DNA of 64,000 bases. It comes from Heteronotia binoei. Taxonomy: Eukaryota. The DNA is taken from contig NC_083237.1 in NCBI RefSeq assembly GCF_032191835.1, forward strand, positions 18,290,001-18,354,000. Reading direction: 5' to 3'. Below the pieces are notes generated by a model, which saw only the letters and a program-made list of their open reading frames with translations, was not told where the DNA came from and ran no database searches. The first letter of the stretch is position 1. Every line of letters starts with the position of its first letter. Of this stretch, positions 58,047 through 64,000 are shown in pieces. The position numbers were made by a program, and so were the translations under genes.

Positions 58047-58542
58047 TAGGCTTCCCAATCCCCAGGTCCCAGCAGGGGATCCCCTGGTTTTACAGGCTTC
58101 CCCCCTCCCCCAGCCAGCTGGCCGGCAGGGGAAGCTCCACCCCACAGTCATTATGCACTTCCAGGAACGATTCCCATAGGGAATGATGGGGAATTGATCT
58201 GCGGGTGTCAGGGGCTCTGGGGGGGGGCTGTTTTTTGAGGCAGAGGTGCCAAATTTTCCATATAGCATCTAGTGCCTCTCCCCAAAATACCTCCCAAGTT
58301 TCAAAAGGATTGGACCAGGGGGTCCAATTCTATGATCCCCAAAAGAAGGTGCCCCTATCCTTCATTATTTTCTATGGAAGAAGGCATTCTAAAAGGTGTG
58401 CTGTCCCTTTAAATGCGATGGCCAGAACTCCCTTGGAGTTCAATTATGCTTGTCACACCCTTGTTCATGGCTCCGCCCCAAAGTCTCCTGGCTCCACCCC
58501 CAAAGTCCCCAGATATTTCTTGAATTGGACTTGGCAACCCTA
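58047..58542. mobile_element. Complete 496-bp hAT-type MITE
   Basis: TIRs TAGGCTTCCCAA / TTGGCAACCCTA and TSD CCACCAAA/CCACCAAT. Confidence 0.85.
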
Positions 58543-58742
58543 CCACCAATGGTCCCCTCCAACCTGCCAAGGCAAACTACACCCTTAAAAAACTGGGGGG
58601 GGAGGCAGACCATAGCCTCCCTAGCAACAGTACTATCTTCTCCCTAGCAACAGTACTAAAACGGCCACCAAAGGTCCCCTCCAACCCGCCAAGGCAAACT
58701 ACTCCCTTAAAAAACGGGGGGGGGGAGGCAGACCATAGCCTC
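58543..58742. repeat. ~125-bp tandem duplication in the Ngaro 5' region
   Basis: GGTCCCCTCCAACC(T/C)GCCAAGGCAAACTAC..GGAGGCAGACCATAGCCTC occurs twice. The first unit is split by the 58047 MITE. Confidence 0.8.
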
Positions 58743-60810
58743 AAAATGACCACTTCAGGATCGCAGGCTAAGGTCTTTCATGCCTAACTGCCTGCACCCC
58801 TTATAGTTGGAGATGCTAGAGATGACCACCAAGCCCCTGTCCCTCCTGGCCGTCAGGGTAGCAGGCTGAGGTTTTTCACACCTATCTGCCTGCACCCTTT
58901 ATAGCTGGAGATGCTGGAGATTGACCACAGAGCCCACATCCCTCCAGGCTGTCCTCTTCCCGAAAAATAAAAGGGGGGGGGAGGCAGACCACCCCACCTC
59001 TCAAGAAAACCCCCGTTCAGAGACCCTTGTAGCCAGACAGCTCGCTCACACACCAATGACCCCCCCTCACAGAAAGGCTGACCACCCCCAGCCCAATGCA
59101 GCTCAAACTCCCGGAGACTCAGCCAGACGCCGCTGCCAAAACGCCGCCTAAGACGTTCCTCAGGCGAAGGAACGGCCCGCCGATGCAGCGACAGGCTCCC
59201 GACCTTCCAATCGGAAGAGCCTGCAACGAAGCCTCCCCGAAGCTGCTGCGCCGATCAACGACGGAGAGAACTGAGGGGAACGTGGAGCTAGCTGTTAAAG
59301 CTGCTAGCCCCGCCCCTCACATTGCGCGCCCAAACGGGCGACTTCTGACTCCTCCCTCCCAGGGAGACAAACAGCGCAGAAGCAGCCTAGCAGCTACGCT
59401 GCAAGCTGCAAGCTTCCGAATGTGCCAATGACTTATTGTGTGGAGCTCTTGCAGAGTTCTGTGCCACACCAAATCAGGGCCTTGTGGATTTTGATACTGT
59501 TTGGAGGATTTTGCATGGCTCACTATGGCTTCTACTGCTCAAAACATACATGGAATTTACAATCACATGCTAGTTATCTGCATGCATGGATTTTTACGAT
59601 TCTGCAGCATTGCCCCTTTCCACAGAAAGACCATCAGTGGAACATAGTGACGGGTGACCATGTTTTTGGAGAAGAATCTTCCTTCACTTTTGCTATTATC
59701 ACAGAATCCAGCTGCATGGCCATAATATATTGCATTTGATTTCAGATAATGGTCCACACACATTGAAAATAATGGAATAATAAATGAATATATAGCTCAG
59801 GAAAACAGCAGTTACCTGTGGAAATCACCTGGGAGCAGCCCATCTCCAGAGAGAGGGCTTGTTTTGCTGAGTAATTATATTGTCCTTGAGGGACAGGGCC
59901 ACCAGATACATATACACTCTTCCTTCCTATCAAGCCTACCCAATACCCTACTACTGTACACCCCAAGGCGACGCAAGAAATAGCACACGTGACCCATATC
60001 TTGACACAGTGCTTATGGTGTACCATCTTCTGGATAAAGCATCACATTGAATACTATTGAAGTGCAGAAAAGGGATCTCCAAGGCATATGGGGGAGAGCT
60101 TACAGGGCTCTCAGTACAGGGCCTACTGTAAGCTGCAGGAGGATTGGCTACATCAGAGGTGTGTGGCCTAATATGCAAAGGAGCTCCTGCTAGAATTCCA
60201 CCTCTGGATGCCACAGAGGAGGGAGGGGTCCCCAGTATGGTGCCCATAGGCATTACGATGCTCACCAAAGTTTATTTATTACTTTAGATTTCTATCCCGC
60301 CCTCTCCACAAGCAGACTCAGTTCTGTCAGACAGTCAGTTCAAACATCTACAATTGCAATTTAAAAATGATAGAATACAATTAAAACATTTTATGGTATT
60401 GTTCAGTATAGGTGGGATCTTCTGGCAGTGATCCTATGATCGTAGCTCCTCGGCAGTGCAGGATAGCAGTCCTCTCCTGGCTTAGATGTTGAAGGCCTGT
60501 TGAAATAGTTCAGTTTTGCAGGCCCTGCAGCATTGAGAGAGATCCCGCAGGGCCCTTATGGCCTACAGGAGGACATTCCACATTTCTGGTGCTGCCACTG
60601 AAAAGGCCCTAACACGTGTGGAACACAGTCTGGCCTACCTTGGTCGGGCGATAGATGGTAGGTTTTGTTTTCCCTGAATGCAGTGCTCTCTGGGAAACAT
60701 GAGGAAAAAGACAGTCCTGTAGATAGGCAGGCCCTTGACCATAGAAGGCTTTAAAGGTCAATACCAACACCTTGAGGTAGAGGCACAAAAATTGCAGCAT
60801 AGCATCTTGT

Positions 60811-61602
60811 TAGGGCTGCCAAGTCCAATTCCAGAAATATCTGGGGACTTTGGGGGTGGAGCCAGGAGACACTGAGGTGGAGCTAGGAGCAAGGGTGTGA
60901 CAAGCACAATTGAACTCCAAAGGGAGTTCTGTCCATCACAATTAAAGGGACCTCACAACTTTTTAAATGCCTTCCTTCCCTCCACCCTCCCCTTCTCTGA
61001 TTTTACCTCAGAGGCGGAGCGGAGCGGGCAACGCCGCTGTGCTTCTGCCGCCTCTTCTCCGCTTCACTGTAGCTGCTCCTCCGAGATGGGCTCAGGCTGA
61101 GCCCATCTCGGTGGAGCAGCTAAGATGAAGAGGTGAAGAGGCGGCAGCTGCGCCGCGGCATCGCCCGCTCCGCCTCTGAGGTGAAATCAGAGAAGGGGAG
61201 GGTGGAGGCAGGCCAGGGGCGTGGTGAGCCGTGAGTCCGGGTCCTAGAAGGACCCAAATTCGCGGCTCGCCACGCTCCTGGCCTGCCTCCACCCTCCCCT
61301 TCTCTGCTTTTACCTCAGGCGGAGCGGGCGATGCCGCTGCGCTGCTGCCGCCTCTTCTCCGCTTCATCTTAGCTGCTCCTCCGAGATGGGCTCAGCCTGA
61401 GCCCATCTCGGAGGAGCAGCTACGGTGAAGCGGAGAAGAGGCGGCAGCTGCGCAGTGGCATCGCCCACTCCAAGATGGGGCAGCTCGCCACGCTCCTTGG
61501 CGCCGTTTCCCCCCCTCCCCCCATTTCCGTTTTTTTGAGGAGCGGGGGAAGAGGCTGGAAATCCTGAGGTCCCCCGCCAGGGCGGGAGGGTTGGGAAGCC
61601 TA
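60811..61602. mobile_element. 792-bp hAT-type element with palindromic tandem cargo, inserted in another family member
   Basis: Termini TAGGGCTGCCAA / TTGGGAAGCCTA and TSD CATCTTGT/CATCTGGT. The host hAT spans ~60780-61858. Confidence 0.8.
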
Positions 61603-62219
61603 CATCTGGTGCCTCTCCCCAAAATAACTTCCAGGTTTCAAAAAAATTGGACAAGGGGTCCACTTCCATGAGGCCCAAAACAAGGTGCTCGTATCCTTCA
61701 TTATTTCTGATAGAGGAAGGCATTTAAAAGATTTGTGGTCTCTTTAAATGTGATGGCCAGAACTCCCTTTTGGAGTTCAACTATGCTTGTCACAACCTTG
61801 CTCCTGGCTCCACCACTAAAGTCCCCAGATATTTCTTGAAATGGACTTGGCAACCCTAAGGCAGATGGAGCAGCCTGAGTTGGTAGAGCCCTGTCCCATT
61901 TGCCCTACTGGACCAGCCTCCATGGATTGTCTGCCAATTTGACTGGATGACTGTCAATCCTAACATAGCAGGAGGAACGGGAGAAGAAGATATTCATCCT
62001 GTGTGTAATGGTAACTCCTCATATACACCTTTTTTTCCTGGACTCAAAAGTTCCAACTGCTATAGCCCTTCCTCACAACCTTATCAACTCTATTGATTGA
62101 TCTAGTTACTGAAATTAGTCCAAAGAGAAACCTCAGGGAAATGATTGTGTGAGGATATGTTTCCTCATGGCAGAAATAAGCAGCCTATTTCTGAATTGAA
62201 AATATACTGATATTGTTCT

Positions 62220-62458
62220 AGAGGGACACAATCTCAAGGGCCCCCAAAGATTTATTAGAAGCGTTCAGATGTCAATGCTCATCCATGCCTCCTCTTTCTT
62301 TCTGGCAAGCCAGTCGCATGGAGCACCAACATCACAGCTGGGCTTCTTGGTAAAAAAGAACAGGATGTTGCAATAGCCACACACACCAGTTGTGGCAGAA
62401 GCTTTTTGATGACTTTTCTCCTAGATGGAGCAGTACTTTCAAAGCTCCTGAGGTACAG
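62220..62458 (+). promoter_or_regulatory. Candidate promoter / 5' exon for OR B3
   Basis: TCTCAAGGG at 62232 and GAG|GTACAG at 62453. Confidence 0.4.
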
Positions 62459-63199
62459 TAATGGCAATAACAAAGGCAACTGAAGTGGGACCTTAAATGG
62501 ATGTAAAAAGCGATTGTGCTTCTTGAAGGAAATTACAAAGATTTATGATAAAATTATGGCTAGAAAAGAAAGATTCTGACTAATGAAACTGAGGGATCAT
62601 GAGGTATTCCAGGGTTCTCAGCTGCATCCATAATTTAATTTTAAGGCATCATGAGCACCATAAGGATTACAAACCTTGGATTGCTGTTGGCTATGGATTT
62701 TGTAATTTGACTGATTATTTCATTGTATAGTATTGTTTTAAGTCTTATATCTCAATGTTCTTTTATTGGTTGTTAGCCACCCTGAGCCTGTTAAGGAAAG
62801 GGCAGGATATAAATTTAATACAAGAAATAAAGAAATAAAAGTGCTTCTCTCCATTTGATCCTTTCAAAAATATGCAACCTCCAATGGAGGATTCTCAGGC
62901 TTGCCAGAATTTATTTTGTCAATTCTTGGGCAGATTACACAAAAAGTAAATAACCATTGACTGACTTCTGAGGTTTGGAGCTAAGATCTTGTCCCCATCT
63001 CCTAGTGGAAACATCACTAATACCTTATGCAGAAGATCACTCAAAGTTCATGTTTTGCTATTACCAGGGTGGTGGAGGTGCATCTCCTCTCTCCCTCACT
63101 GGATACCATATCTCTTTATCATTTCTCTATCTATGGAAACAAATCACCAGATAACAACAGGATATCATATGCAATGCTGATTTTATTCTCTAATTCCAG

Positions 63200-64000
63200 A
63201 TGCAGTTCACCAACGGGACAGTTCAGGAATTCATTTTGCTGGGCTTTGAAGTTGGGCAGTTTCAACGACTCCTGCTCCTCACCTTTTTCACTCTTCTTTA
63301 CATGCTCACCGTAGCTGAGAACATCACCATCATCATGTTGGTGCATCTTGACACCCACTTGTCCCGGCTTCCCATGTATGTCCTGCTGAGCAACTTCTCC
63401 TGGCTGGAGATCTGCTATGTGAGCACCACTGTGCCCCGCATGCTCTTAGACCTGGCATTGTCCAACAAGATGGTCTCCTTCAGTTCCTGCTTCCTCCAGT
63501 TCTACATCTTCTGCTCTCTTGGCAGTACCGAATGCTTCTTCCTCTCTTCTATGGCCTTGGATCGGTACTTGGCCATCTGCCACCCACTGCGATATCCACA
63601 GATCATGTCCCCAAATTTTTGCTACATCTTAGTAACTGTTTGTTGGGTCCTTGGCTTCCTGGCATACATTGTCCCAGTCACACTGATCTCCCAGATGTCT
63701 TACTGTGGTCCTAACATAATTGACCATTTTTTGTGTGATCCTGGCCCAATTCTGGCTTTGGCTTGCCCCCCACTTCCAAAGGCTCCCCTCATTAGTCAGA
63801 TTGTCATGGATATTGTGGTGATCTTAGGCAACATTTTGTTTTCTGTGCTGTCCTACGGTTCTGTGATTGTCACCTTGATTAAAAACTCTAGCAAAGGCAA
63901 TCGGGCAAAGTCCTTCTCCACCATATCATTCCACTTGTTGGTGGTCACACTTTTCTATGGCCCATTAGCAGGGATGTATGTACAGCCAGAGGGAAAAACT
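63200..64000 (+). CDS. Olfactory receptor B3, partial (runs off window)
   Basis: ATG CAG TTC.. (MQFTNGTVQE) is open for 267 codons through KSFSTISFHLLVVTLFYGP. It is not in the ORF track because there is no stop in the window. Confidence 0.9.
   Translation, partial: MQFTNGTVQEFILLGFEVGQFQRLLLLTFFTLLYMLTVAENITIIMLVHLDTHLSRLPMYVLLSNFSWLEICYVSTTVPRMLLDLALSNKMVSFSSCFLQFYIFCSLGSTECFFLSSMALDRYLAICHPLRYPQIMSPNFCYILVTVCWVLGFLAYIVPVTLISQMSYCGPNIIDHFLCDPGPILALACPPLPKAPLISQIVMDIVVILGNILFSVLSYGSVIVTLIKNSSKGNRAKSFSTISFHLLVVTLFYGPLAGMYVQPEGKT

Larger units (their letters stand above)
53979..59418 (-). mobile_element. Ngaro-like (DIRS order) tyrosine-recombinase retrotransposon, defective
   Basis: Interrupts host ..GCCCT|GATGTGCC.. 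with no TSD. On the minus strand in order: ORF1 (LPLGDCLLPATREK, C-rich finger), RT N-terminus (LLEGFKVGFR), PGRAFLRRL/RNase H (LTFLEFFPIL), YR N-domain (IAPSTQKSF..LSALAF), YR C-domain (FGTHSF..IRRLGWWHSSTY), then an SGNH ORF. Confidence 0.85.

Overview
Vertebrate genomic DNA, almost certainly squamate and probably gecko (inferred from the SINE, L2, RTE and hAT repeat families). The window is a tandem array of class II olfactory receptor genes (OR11-like), all on the + strand, in two sub-types, A and B. The order is A1 intact (3764-4723), B-fragment 1 (15159-16120), B1 pseudogene (18357-19343), A2 intact (24273-25232), B-fragment 2 (38904-39862), B2 intact (50657-51643), an old relic (~53136-53390) and B3 (63200 to the window end, open so far). 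A ~20.5-kb segmental duplication relates 1-20.5k to 20.5k onward, and the B unit repeats again at 12.5 kb spacing. The spacers hold deeply nested transposons. These include two copies of a Mag-type Gypsy element, a chromodomain Gypsy, a Gmr1-type Gypsy with integrase upstream of RT and a SCAN-like gag, a Ngaro-like tyrosine-recombinase retroelement carrying an SGNH-hydrolase ORF, young RTE and L2 LINEs, an L1, solo LTRs, hAT MITEs and tRNA-SINEs. There are no rRNA genes, true tRNA genes or CRISPR arrays. I found no wholly new system. The best leads are the atypical TM6 motif shared by all these ORs, apparent partial gene conversion between the OR sub-types, a conserved candidate promoter/5' exon, the hydrolase-bearing Ngaro element, an exact LTR-end/L1 junction, and a hAT derivative carrying tandem GC-rich palindromes. 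All alignments and counts were done by eye.
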